Source: Anthoceros angustus (taxonomy: Eukaryota; Plantae; Anthocerotophyta). Taken from it: DNA of 64,000 nucleotides. The notes under the pieces were generated by a model. The model did not search any database and was not told the DNA's origin. It saw nothing but the letters and a program-made list of their open reading frames with translations. Within the stretch, counting starts at the first letter, position 1. Each line of letters starts with the position of its first letter. The translations under genes were made by a program, and so were the position numbers. The DNA lies in assembly GCA_010909165.1 (NCBI GenBank), contig MU008174.1:992001-1056000 (forward strand), written 5' to 3'. Below are positions 13,380-25,652 of the stretch, piece after piece.

Positions 13380-15990
13380 TATGAATTCAAGTGAGACTCT
13401 CGCATAAAGCTATGCCGATTTCTCTTATTTAATCGCGATCAATGTGCTCCTTCCGGAAAACAGTGACGAATGGCCGAGCTTGTTTTGTAAAATATACCTA
13501 CATGAGGACGAAGAACCTAGAGTCAGAAGACAAGACTTCACCTATGCAAGTTTTGAAAATGCGACCTTCACGATATTAGGTCACAACGCCTAACCAACAA
13601 CAATCGACCTAGTAGGCCCTCATTGATAGCTAATCGTGGACGGATTAGTGCACAATTTTGTCCTTGGGATATGAAGCATCTTGAGAGTGACGAGATATAT
13701 GCAACGTTGAACACCTTGTAACCGATTATTATTTCCAGTCATTAGAAAATGTAATCTAGTTTACCTCTTAGAACAATTAAGAAAAATATATAATATTATA
13801 ATTATTGCTAAATGAAATCCTACCTCGTCCCTATTGAGAGCTCACGAGGCTAGTTCAATGAAATCTTTGTGCAAGCTTGATGTCCACTTTAATATATTTC
13901 AAATCACAAAAATAAATGTGTATAATATCATAATTATGCTCGAGGCTTCTGCATCTAAACAATATGATGGCCTCCTCGCATGGAACCAAACGATTTTGTA
14001 TTTTCGACAAGCATTTCACCATCTTGACACCATTGCAGACACTCATCCCATCCAAGAGATTTCATACACAAGCTTCACGCTCCAAGTTTAAATGTGTGTC
14101 AAGAATAGCACAAAGACTGGAAAATGAAGGGAGCTCTAAGGTATAATCGACGAGCAATAGAATTACTAAGTTAAACGGTTCCCATAAGGGAAAGCCCACA
14201 TAATGTGTGATTGCATAGAGTTCTTGAGTTGATAGCTTCTTAATTAGAAAAATATCCTCAAACTTATATAGTAAGGCTAGCTCTAAAATACAAAACTTAC
14301 ATAATGTGTGATTGTATGGAGTTCTTAAGTTGGCGACTTCTTAGTTAGAAAAATACGCCATAACTATATAGTAAGACTAGCTTTCAAATATAAGATTTTG
14401 GAAAGTACCAAGATTGGTTAAGAAAGCTAGGCTATGAGATTAGCTCTATTTAAGCTCTCAAACCCTTGATTGATTGTTGCACACATCCGAAAGAAGTAAA
14501 GAGCAAAACCTTTGAGATCACTCATCACATATCTAACGATATGTCATAGTGGTTTTACTTGAAGACTCACTTTTATATGTCTACCTCAAATAGATAAGCA
14601 AGTCGAGCAACATTCCTTAAAGCGTAATAAATAAAAGATCAAGCACAAACATAAATTTGAATCTAGAATGGCGGTGGACTTTGAACTAATAACACCGAGT
14701 AAGGCAAAACGAGGAGAAGATATTTGGATTAATTATGATGAAGAAACCGCAACTTCCATTTTACGTGACAAGAAATGAATTGGAGACATGCACCAATGTT
14801 TCACCTTATGTCAATATTGAGTCAAAACAAAAAGTGACACACCAAATCAGAAGTTATTAGGTTCAAGCAAAATCTTCCAACCATGGAGGAAATTCACATA
14901 GACACACAAACACAAAGAGAAAATAAGATAGTGAGTATATTTGACTCCTATTTTTGCATGGTTTTTTTTGCTCTTTAGTCTTATATTTTTGAGTAATTAT
15001 TTACTTTATATTTGCATAGGTACTAGAGAGCAACATTTTAGAGAAGAGCCTCAACATTTCACATGAACGTGAGCAAGAGGAATACATTCCAACTCTCCTT
15101 ATTAAAAACCAAACGGTGAGATGGTAGAACATGACAAAGAAGTCGTGCCTTATTCGAAAGAATAAACAGCCGTAGCTTGCAAAGGAGAGGGAGAGAAAGG
15201 GAGATGGAGAGGGAAAGGAAAGAGCTTTAGCAAGAGCAAGAGTAAGCGTAAGAGAAAGGGAATATAAAATATAGAGAAATGCAGAGGGATTGTAGGCTCA
15301 TAGGAGATTGGGCGTGCCGACAAGAGATGATATTATCATGAAGTAAAACTTTATCACATAGTTTTTAATAATAATTCTTATTACTAAAACTATAATTATT
15401 TTCTCAACTTGGTATTATTTTAATAAGAGTTAGGATCGCTTTTATAGTGCTATGATATGAGCCTTCAAAGATGTAGTGTGTCTTTTAATTTTGTGATGAT
15501 AGGCTTGTGACGACTCTATTTATATTTTCTTGTGAATAAAATTCATATTATAATTAAAAATACAAGATAATAAGTTTTTAGGTTAGTGCACCTAACACAT
15601 TGTAGCCAGACTCACGATTGCATCGTGGATGCTAATATCAAGATAAATCATCGAAAACATCTATTCATAACTACAAGGATAAGTGACTTGTGCTCATTTC
15701 GAGTAATATTTTTCCATGGCTAGAGTGATCTAATATTTTTATTATGTAGGAAAACGAACTCAAGGAGAAGGCCTTGAGAAGATGGTAGGTAGGGATTAAT
15801 TTTTCAAATGTGGGAAAAAGGAATGAGCTTGGTGTGGTTTGGTTTGGTTTTCTTCTCTCAACCCAATTCAGAGGGTGCATTGAACTCCCTAGTGTGAGTT
15901 TGAAGGCATAGGAGTACTTGCCAAAGGATGGATGGAGGTGAAACTCCAATTGGCATGCCGCATCCACTGGAGCTCCAAGTCCCGTGAGAG
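13380..15990 (+). pseudogene. Cargo region inside the gag element: decayed intron-containing orphan gene fragments (copy 1)
   Basis: Homologous to 20010-22620 and to 23760-25700; retains a GTGAGT...TTTGCATAG intron at 14931-15019. Confidence 0.55.
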
Positions 15991-16249
15991 CCCAATCGGC
16001 CTAATGGTGGGTGTTGGGCCACCGCGACTAGGCCTTCAAGCCGATCCAAGCCTCATGACTCGACATGTCTCCATGTTAGATGTTGTCGAGATTCGCAAGG
16101 AAAGGACGGCTATCAAGATCATGCATCTTGACAAGTACTTTCAGGACTCTTAGGATCGCTCCTTCGCTTGTGAGGTTTATTTTGTTTTACCTACTAGCCT
16201 CTTGGGTTTTTTGATAAGACTCTCGTCAAAGCTATGCCGCCATGCCGTG

Positions 16250-16994
16250 TGATACTAATCTCGCACTTGGGTTTAGTGTTTGATTAGCATTAATTAATAT
16301 AATTACTTATCTTTACATAAGTAATTAGTGTTAATTAATCTAAGGTTCTTATGTTAATTAAGCATTGATTAGTGTTAATTAATGTAAGGTGCTTATGTTA
16401 ATTAAGCATTGATCGTTAATTAATCTAAGGTGCTTATGTTAATTAAGCATTGATCGTGTTAATTAAACATGGTTAGCAATAGCTAAGTGGATAAGCTCAA
16501 GTAATATGCTTTGGCATATTCCTTGCATATTATAGTGTATTCTTAGGATACAATAGCTAAGTGGATAAGCTTAAGTAATATGCTTTAGCATATTGCTTGC
16601 ATATTATAGTGTATTCTTAGGATATTTCCATATCGATGCCAATAGGATATCTTAGGAATATGCCGATACTAAGGGCTAGTATATATATAGACCCTTCCAT
16701 TGAGGACAAGCTCAGATCATAGCTTGTCCTCTAGATATGCAATGCAAGGGTTTTGTGAGGAGGCCAAAGCTATGACTCCAAGAGCGATGTGTGAGGAATT
16801 TGCGTGTTGTTCTTGTGGGGAGAGTATGTTTGTACCACGACGTGCGAGCTACTCCTTCCTGTTGTTACAAGCTATGACCTTCTACGTGTATGTTAGATAG
16901 GCCGTGCTAGGCTTAGTGTGCTAAGCGATGCTAGGTAATGCTAGGCCGCACTAGGCTTAGTGTGCTAGGCGATGCAACGCTAGCTCTTTAAGCA
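16250..16994 (+). mobile_element. LTR-like direct repeat, copy 1 (3' boundary uncertain, could extend to ~17267)
   Basis: Begins TGATAC; near-identical to 17672-18410; contains AT-rich internal repeats, a TATA-like tatatatatag and a perfect hairpin; lies upstream of a leader and gag ATG. No convincing PBS or PPT. Confidence 0.62.
16680..16731 (+). promoter_or_regulatory. TATA-like box followed by a perfect 11-bp stem-loop in the LTR-like repeat (also 18100-18150)
   Basis: tatatatatag at 16680-16690; gaggacaagct (16702-16712) / 8-nt loop / agcttgtcctc (16721-16731). Confidence 0.6.
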
Positions 16995-17338
16995 AGTAGG
17001 CAAGGGACCCTCTAAAGTGTGCCCAAGGCTTGAGACCAAGAGAAGGGGATTCAAGTCCAAGGAGGAGGAGAAGAAGCCCAAGTCCAAGGAGAGAGGAGAA
17101 GAAGCCCAAAGTCCAAGGAGAGGAGGAGAAGCCCAAAGTCCAAGGAGAGGAATGAGGCTCCACAGGGGTATGGCCTTTTAAGGCCAACCAACCAAGGAGA
17201 AACAAGAGTATTTTACTCTTGGATTCAAGGATAAGGGAAGAGTGGATAGGCATGGGTATGTCATCACCCATTTGATTTCACTTTCTCCAAAACTCCTAAT
17301 CGATCGGCCTCCCATCCGACACTAACCACCCAGAGTGC

Positions 17339-17671
17339 ATGCCCGACACACTCGATCCGGACGGAGCTACCAACCAGCAAGTCCATCGAGCGAATTCAAG
17401 TCCCGAGAGCCCAATCGGCCTAATGGTCATGGGTGTTGGGCCACCGCGACTAGGCCTTCAAGCCGATCCAAGCCTCATGACTCGACATGTCTCCATGTTC
17501 GATGTTGTCGAGATTCGCAAGGAAAGGACGGCTATCAAGATCATGCATCTTGACAAGTACTTTCAGGACTCTTAGGATCGCTCCTTCGCTTGTGAGGTTT
17601 ATTTTGTTTTACCTACTAGCCTCTTCCGGGTTTTTTGATAAGACTCTCGTCAAAGCTATGCCGCCATGCCG
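17339..17671 (+). mobile_element. Internally deleted element body: first ~60 bp of gag joined directly to the 3' end of the internal region
   Basis: Gag start atgcccgacacactcgatcc...gaattcaagtcccg continues into agagcccaatcggcctaatgg, which is otherwise seen at ~15985 and ~22630. Confidence 0.7.
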
Positions 17672-18410
17672 TGATACTAATCTCGCACTTGGGTTTAGTG
17701 TTTGATTAGCATTAATTAATATAATTACTTATCTTTACATAAGTAATTAGTGTTAATTAATCTAAGGTTCTTATGTTAATTAAGCATTGATTAGTGTTAA
17801 TTAATGTAGGTGCTTATGTTAATTAAGCATTGATCGTTAATTAATCTAAGGTGCTTATGTTAATTAAGCATTGATCGTTAATTAAACATGGTTAGCAATA
17901 GCTAAGTGGATAAGCTCAAGTAATATGCTTTGGCATATTCCTTGCATATTATAGTGTATTCTTAGGATACAATAGCTAAGTGGATAAGCTTAAGTAATAT
18001 GCTTTAGCATATTGCTTGCATATTATATAGTGTATTCTTAGGATATTTCCATATCGATGCCAATAGGATATCTTAGGAATATGCCGATACTAAGGCCAGT
18101 ATATATATAGACCTTCCATTGAGGACAAGCTCGGATCATAGCTTGTCCTCTAGATATGCAATGCAAGGGTGTTGTGAGGAGGCCAAAGCCATGACTCCAA
18201 GAGCGATGTGTGAGGAATTTGCGTGTTGTTCTTGTGGGGAGAGTATGTTTGTACCCACTGCCATGAGCTACTCCTTCCGTTGTTACAAGCTATGACCTTC
18301 ACGTGTATGTTAGATAGGCCGTGCTAGGCTTAGTGTGCTAAGCGATGCTAGGTAATGCTAGGCCGACTAGGCTTAGTGTGCTAGGCGATGCAACGCTAGC
18401 TCTTTAAGCA
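17672..18410 (+). mobile_element. LTR-like direct repeat, copy 2
   Basis: Near-identical to 16250-16994 apart from small indels. Confidence 0.62.
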
Positions 18411-18751
18411 AGCAGGCAAGGGACCCTCTAAAGTGTGCCCAAGGCTTGAGACCAAGAGAAGGGATTCAAGTCCAAGGAGAGGAGGAAGAAGCCCAAGTCC
18501 AAGGAGGAGGAAGAAGCCCAAAGTCCAAGGAGAGGAGGAGAAGAAGCCCAAAGTCCAAGGAGAGGAATGAGGCCTCCAAGAGTATGGCCTTTTAAGGCCA
18601 ACCAACCAAGGAGAAACAAGAGTATTTTACTCTTGGCGGATTCAAGGATAAGGGAAGAGTGGATAGGCATGGGTATGTCATCCATTTGATTTCACTTTCT
18701 CCAAAACTCCTAATCGACCGGCCTCCCATCCGACACTAACCACTAGAGTGC

Positions 18752-19975
18752 ATGCCCGACACACTCGATCCGGACGGAGCTACCAACCAGCAAGTCCATC
18801 GGAGCGAATTCAAGTCCCACCAAGAGAGAGAAGCGAACACCTCGATTTTGGTACCAAAGGAAGCGGAGGAACCCAACACCCAATCAACAATCTTTGAAGG
18901 ATCCGTGAGTGGCAACACACAAGACACGTTGGTGCCGCCAGACAACTCAAATGTGGGCCGAGGAGGACTTGTCTCAGGAGTCGCCAAGATGGGAGGAGAC
19001 AAGGTTCGAATGGAGTTGTTCACGAGCGGGCACCTTGCCACCGGAGGACTTCATCGAGAAGTACGGCGGCGGAGATGGAATTGAAGACCGGATACACGAA
19101 GCGATACGGCTTCATCCAATGTCAAGTACTTGGGGATGAAGCATTAGCGTGCTATCGAGAGTACAAGGCAAGGTAGTTGAGCGACATTTGGAGGACTAGT
19201 GAGTAGCGATTCGAGCTCAAGGAACCAAAGGCATACGAGCGGTCACCAAGTGGGCACGATCCCATCAAGAGATGTTTGACATCTTCCTACCGGAGTTTCG
19301 CAAGCACGGATGAGAAGATCTCCGAAATGACACACTTCAAAATGAAGTCGTGCAAGATCACAAGATGGCTTATCAAGAATCGACCATTTGGTATGTGACA
19401 CCAAGATCATGAGTGACCGACGGCCGCAGAAGTACTTGCATGCATTGCCATATGCACGCGCATGAAGGTGCAACAAGCGGTGCACAAGACGAAGGGGCAA
19501 CACTACACCTCAAGGAAGTGTACGAGATGGTCGATAACATAGGGCCCACGACACTTTCTCTCGTGGCTGCAAGTGATTACCCGAGCACAAGTAGGAGTGG
19601 TGGACGACATGACCGACGTGGAGGTCGAGTGGAGGAGCTCGGCGAGACAAGCCACCCCACGAGCCCAAGTGACGAGCCCCCGTGAGGTGCCGAGGACGGA
19701 CCATTCCCTCATGAGTGCGAGCATGCATTCGGAGGAGTCAAGGGTGAGGAGCCATGCCTCGTGGAGGTATGGGCACAATGAAGTGGCTTGTTGGGAGAAG
19801 CATCCGAATTGCGGCCTCACGGGTTATCGAGTAGCAACCCCGCCAATGCATCTCGGCCAACCTCATCCACAAAATCAAGAAGAGCAAAGGCGCCATGGAG
19901 GAGGCAGGCGAAGTCCCGTGGACAAAAGAAAGTCGTGTTGTTCATTGGTTTGCACCTATATATCTGCGTATTAGA
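18752..19975 (+). pseudogene. Frameshifted retrotransposon gag (copy 2)
   Basis: Homologous to 12121-13345; decayed knuckle VRSHASWRYGHNEVACWEKHP at ~19745-19810. Confidence 0.72.
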
Positions 19976-20009
19976 TTTGTTTGCTTGGTTGTTGGTCGAG
20001 GAAGTGCTC

Positions 20010-22708
20010 ATATGAATTCAAGTGAGACTCTCGTACAAAGCTATCTTGATTTCTCTTATTTAATCGCGATCAATGTGCTCCTTGGAAAACAGTGACGAAT
20101 GGCCGAGCTTGTTTTGTAAAATATACCTACATGAGGACGAAGAACCTAGAGTCGTAAGACAAGACTTCACCTATGCAAGTTTTGAAAATGCGACCTTCAC
20201 GATATTAGGGTCACAACGCCTAACCAACAACAATCGACCTAGTAGGCCTCATTGATAGCTAATCGTGACGGATTAGTGCACAATTTTGTCCTTGGGATAT
20301 GAAGCATCTTGAGAGTGACGAGATATATGCAACGTTGGAACACCTTGTAACCGATTATTATTTCCACGATCATTAGAAAATGTAATCTAGTTTACCTCTT
20401 AGAACAATTAAGAAAAATATATAATATTATAATTATTGCTAAATGAAATCCTACCTCGTCCCTATTGAGAGCTCACGAGGCTAGTTCAATGAAATCTTTG
20501 TGCAAGCTTGATGTCCACTTTAATATATTTCGAAATCACAAAAATAAATGTGTATAATATCATAATTGCGTTGAGGCTTCGCATCTAAACAATATGATGG
20601 CCTCCTCGCATGGAACCAAACGATTTTGTATTTTCCGACAAGCATTTCACCATCTTGACACCATTGCGACACTCATCCCATCCAAGAGATTTCATACACA
20701 AGCTTCACGCTTCCAAGTTTAAATGTGTGTCAAGAATAGCACAAAGACCGGGAAAATGAAGGGGAGCTCTAAGGTATAATCGACGAGCAATAGAATTACT
20801 AAGTTAAACGGTTCCCATAAGGGAAAGCCCACATAATGTGTGATTGCATAGAGTTCTTGAGTTGATAGCTTCTTAATTAGAAAAATATCCTCAAACTTAT
20901 ATAGTAAGGCTAGCTCTAAAATACAAAACTTACATAATGTGTGATTGTATGGAGTTCTTAAGTTGGCGACTTCTTAGTTAGAAAAATACGCTCATAACTA
21001 TATAGTAAGACTAGCTTTCAAATATAAGATTTTGGAAAGTACCAAGATTGGTTAAGAAAGCTAGGCTATGAGATTAGCTCTATTTAAGCTCTCAAACCCT
21101 TGATTGATTGTTGCACACATCCGAAAGAAGTAAAGAGCAAAACCTTTTGGAGATCACTCATCACATATCTAACGATATGTCATAGTGGTTTTACTTGAAG
21201 ACTCACTTTATATGTCTACCTCAAATAGATAAGCAAGTCGAGCAACATTCCTTAAAGCGGAATAAGCATCAAGCACAAACATAAATTTGAATCTAGAATG
21301 GCGGGACTTTGAACTTAATAACACCAGAGTAAGGCAAAACGAGGGAGAAGATATTTGGATTAATTATGATGAAGAAAGCGCAACTTCCATTTTACGTGAC
21401 AAATGAATTGGAGACATGCACCAATGTTTCACCTTATGTCAATATTGAGTCAAAACAAAAAGTGACACACCGATCGTAAGTTATTAGGTTCAAGCAAAAT
21501 CTTCCAACCATGGAGGAAATTCACATGACACACAAACACAAAGAGAAAATAAGATAGTGAGTATATTTGACTCCTATTTTTGCATGGTTTTTTTTTGCTC
21601 TTTAGTCTTATATTTTTGAGTAATTATTTACTTTATATTTGCATAGGTACTAGAGAGCAACATTTTAGAGAAGAGCCTCAACATTTCACATGAACGTGAG
21701 CAAGAGGAATACATTCCAACTCTCCTTATTAAAAACCAAGCGGTGAGATGGTAGAACATGACAAAGAAGTTTGCGTGCCTTATTCGAAAGAATAAACAGT
21801 AGCTTGCAAAGGGAGAGGGAGAGGAAAGGGAGATGGAGAGGAAAGGGAAAGAGCTTTAGCAAGAGCAAGAGTAAGCGTAAGAGAAAGGGAATATAAAATA
21901 TAGAGAAATGCAGAGGATTGTAGGCTCATAGGAGATTGGGCGTGGGTGCAGATGATATTATCATGAAGTAAAACTTTATCACATAGTTTTTAATAATAAT
22001 TCTTATTACTAAAACTATAAATTATTTTCTCAACTTGGTATTATTTTAATAAGAGTTAGGATCTTTTTATAGTGCTATGATATGAGCCTTCAAAGATGTA
22101 GTGTGTCTTTTAATTTTGTGATGATAGGCTTGTGACGACTCTATTTATATTTTCTTGTGAATAAAATTCATATTATAATTAAAAATACAAGATAATAAGT
22201 TTTTAGGTTAGTGCAGACCTAACACATTGTAGCTTCGTACTCTACGATTGCATCAGGGATGCTAATATCAAGATAAATCATCGAAAAACCTCTATTCATA
22301 ATTACAAGGATAAGTGACTTGTGCTCGACTCGATGAGTAATATTTTTCCATGGCTGGAGTGATCTAATATTTTTATTATGTAGGAAAAACGAACTCGAAG
22401 GAGAAGGCCTTGAGACGATGGTAGGTAGGGATTAATTTTTCAAATGTGGGAAAAAAGGAATGAGCTTGGTGTGGTTTGGTTTGGTTTTTCTTCTCTCAAC
22501 CCAATTCGTAGGTGCATTGAACTCCCTAGTGTGAGTTTGAAGGCATATAGGAGTACTTGCCAAAAGGATGGATGGAGGTGAAACTCCAATTGGCATGCTG
22601 CATCCAGCTGGAGCTCCAAGCTCCAGTAGAGCCCAATCGGCCTAATGGCTGTGGGTGTTGGGCCAGCTGCGACTAGGCCTTCAAGCCGATCCAAGCCTCA
22701 TGACTCGA
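20010..22708 (+). pseudogene. Cargo region, copy 2
   Basis: Colinear with ~13380-16050; intron retained at 21557-21646. Confidence 0.55.
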
Positions 22709-22874
22709 TCTCGGCCATTTGGCCTAAATGGTGAAATCATGAGTCCATGAATAGGCCAATTGTGGGCCAGCTGCGACTAGGCCTTCAAGCCGATCCAAGC
22801 CTCATGACTCGATCTCGGGCCATTTGGCCTAAATGGTGAAATCATGAGTCCGCGAATAGGCCAATTGTGGGCCA
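22660..22874 (+). repeat. Two tandem ~104-bp GGCC-rich units with nested inverted repeats
   Basis: gggccagctgcgactaggcc... at 22660 and 22764, partial third at 22869; contains ccattt/aaatgg and tcatgactc/gagtccatga stems. Confidence 0.8.
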
Positions 22875-23220
22875 CGGTTAATTGAACTCAGATACAATAA
22901 AATGATGATTCGATGTAGCTTTTCTATAGTCGAGCTGAAATACTTTTGCAACTTCTGATTGTGTAATATTTTGTACTTAATTTTGGCAATTGGTAATGCG
23001 TTGAGCACCAGTACGAATTGCTAAAATTAAAATAGTAGAAGAGGCAACAAGTATACAAGATACTCTTCTTGTGTATGGAGTTCGAGTCTTAAAACTTTAT
23101 TGTCGCTATCATGATCATTTCCAAGCATCAGCAACTTTTTGTATATAAGTTTGACTCTTTTACTCCTTAGCCGCTCGCAAATCTTGTGTAGATCAAGTTT
23201 GACCCAAACTCCTCCGCTGT

Positions 23221-23335
23221 GTGGTATCCATATCCGAACCCTTTCAAATTCATATTAGTGCCAAATTCTTCCACTGTGCTGTATCCATATCCGAACCCTT
23301 TCAAATTCATATTAGCAACAAATTATTCCCCCTCG
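23221..23335 (+). repeat. ~57-60-bp tandem duplication (gtatccatatccgaaccctttcaaattcatattag)
   Basis: Directly visible; encodes the YPYPNPFKFIL repeat in ORF 23219-23443. Confidence 0.8.
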
Positions 23336-23394
23336 TCCACTATTCCTCGACCGGTTCCTACACCTTGGCTTATTGGTTTTGTGATGTCGTTTGA

Positions 23395-23690
23395 GGACTT
23401 TACTTTTACTTTTTACTTTTATCAAAAAATAATCTCACGCTGAAGACCTACGGACTTTATTTTTACTTCTTACTTGTATCAATGGGTAATCTCGCAGTGA
23501 AGACCACACAAAAGGAAGGCTAGCGCGCCTAAAAAATGGGATTTTATTTTTACTTTTTACTTGTATCAATGGGTAATCTCGCATTGAAACCACACATAAG
23601 GAAGATCAATGCGCCCAAAAAATAGGAATTTACTTTTATTTCTTACTTGTATCAATGGGTAATTGCCTGCAAAAGACCACACACAAGAGA
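23395..23690 (+). repeat. ~87-bp tandem repeat, three units plus a degenerate one
   Basis: tacttgtatcaatgggtaat at 23471, 23558 and 23644. Confidence 0.8.
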
Positions 23691-24195
23691 GAGTAGTGAG
23701 TCCAAACCATCGGACTTTCCTGGTGAAATTGTGGGCTTTGTTTCTTTATTTCCGATTATGGATCCAAGAGATTACATAAACAAGCTTCATATTCCGAGTT
23801 TAAATGTGTGCCAAAGATAACACTATGCTGGGAAAGTGAACAGAGAGAAAGTTCAATAAGGATTAGAATTATTGGGTCGGAAGGTTTCCATAAGGGAGGG
23901 CCCACATAATGTGTGATTTCATGGAGTACTCCTTATTAGGTTGGAACGTTTCTATAGGGGAAAGCCCGCATAATGTGTGATTTCATGGAATTTCTGAGTT
24001 GATAGCTTCTTAGTTAGAAAAATCTTTGAAATTATATAGTAAGGTTAGTAGCTCTCAAATATAGCAATTTTAATTAATTACTAGATTAGTCACCTCATCT
24101 TCTCTAATTGGCAATATTGCGACTCATCTTGCTCTAGGGCACAAGTTGGCCTCTAGTTTTCCGCTACCATATATACAATGATATTTTGTATACTT

Positions 24196-24490
24196 TCTTT
24201 ATTTAATCTGAATTTGGATCCACCAACAAAATATGAGATGTGGAAAGTTACCAATCTCTTTATTTAATCTGAATTTGGATCCACCAAAAAATATGAGATG
24301 TGGAAAGTTACCAATCTCTTTATTTGATCTGAATTTGGATCCACCATAAAAATATAAGATATGAAAAGTTACCAATCTCTTTATTTGATCTGAATTTGGA
24401 TCCACCAAAACAGTATAAGATGTGGAAAGTTGCCAATCTCTTTCTTTAACCTGAATTTGGATCCACCAGAAAAATATATAAGATGTGCAA
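24196..24490 (+). repeat. ~61-bp minisatellite, about 4.8 units
   Basis: tcttt(a/c)ttt(a/g)a(t/c)ctgaatttggatccacca units start at 24196, 24257, 24317, 24378 and 24439. Confidence 0.9.
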
Positions 24491-24984
24491 TGTTACAAAG
24501 ATTTGGTAGAGAAAGTTAGGCTATGGCCTGAGCTCTATTTAAAGTGAAAGATCGTTGTGGTCAAAAGGTGTATGTGGATTATTAGCACATAGAGATATCT
24601 GCCTTATTGTTGCACACGTGCGAGAGAAGTAAAGATCAATACCTCTTCAAGATTGTTGGTGAGATGGTGGGCTATTTCATGCCTAGTGTTGTGTTGTGAG
24701 TGTAGTGAGCTCTTTGTGATAGCGGAGGTACTTGAATTCCAAGACTGAAACTCGTAAGATTTTGGACCAATTGCTTTGGCACTTGAACATGTCATTGGTT
24801 GTGTAGTAATGGCTCTACTAGAAGCTCACCTTTTATATCTCTGGTATTAATTGTCTCAAATAAAAATTGAAATCCTTGTGTGGTATTTCGATGTATACTT
24901 TGAAATATCTATGATGTCTTTGAATTCACTAAAACAAATTGTCTCGTGTAGGTAAGCAAGTAGAGCAACAACCGATGAAGCTAA

Positions 24985-25652
24985 ATGAATAGCACCAAGC
25001 ACAAGCATAAATTTGAATCTATAATGTCAGGGACTTTAGAATTATTGTTAACGCCAGGAGTATGGCGAAATGAGGGAGAAAATATGTGGATTAAGTATGA
25101 TGAAGAAACTACAGCTTCCATTTTACGTAAAGTACAAGAATTGGAAACGTGCACCGACGTTTTACCCTATGTCTATATCAGATCAAAACGAAAGGGTGAT
25201 GCACCGAGTTGCAAGTTATTAGGTTCAAGCGATTTTGCCATAAATCTCCGAACCATGGAGGAAATACACATAGTCACACAAACACCAAGAAAAATTAAGA
25301 TAGTTAAGAATATATGACTCAACTTTTGTATGATTTTCTATGCTCTTCATTCTTCTATTTTTGCGTAATTGCCATGTTTGTATTTGCACAGGTACTGGAG
25401 ACTAAAATTTTAGAGGAGAGCATCAACACTTTATATGAACGTGAGCTAGGGGAATATTTTCCAACTCTTCTTATTAAAGGACCAAATGGTGAGATGGTGC
25501 AACACGACAAAGGAGCTGTTTGCGCTTTGTTCAAAAGAATAGATAAGCAAAGGTTGGAGAGGGAGAAGGAAAGGGAAAGAGAAGAAAAAAAAAAAAATCA
25601 GAAAGAGAGAAAAATGGAGAGGGACTGTGGTCTCATAGTGGGGTGGGTGTAG
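24985..25652 (+). pseudogene. Orphan spliced gene or pseudogene of unknown family (best-preserved copy of the cargo sequence)
   Basis: Two open frames joined in phase 0 by an 89-bp GT-AG intron (25303-25391): ..TQTPRKIKI|VLETKILEESINTLYERELGEYFPTLLIKGPNGEMVQHDKG.. ending in a K/E-rich tail. Apparent frameshift just upstream of 24985. Confidence 0.5.

Noticed and set aside
16215-16250. tggcggcatagc on the minus strand as a primer-binding site
   Set aside because: I cannot match it to a known tRNA 3' end, it is offset from the repeat edge, and its orientation conflicts with gag.
11840-22708. An autonomous LTR retrotransposon
   Set aside because: No protease, RT, RNase H or integrase motifs were found after gag.
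24196-24490. 61-bp array as a CRISPR or RNA-gene cluster
   Set aside because: No spacers and no tRNA/snoRNA features; an ordinary minisatellite.
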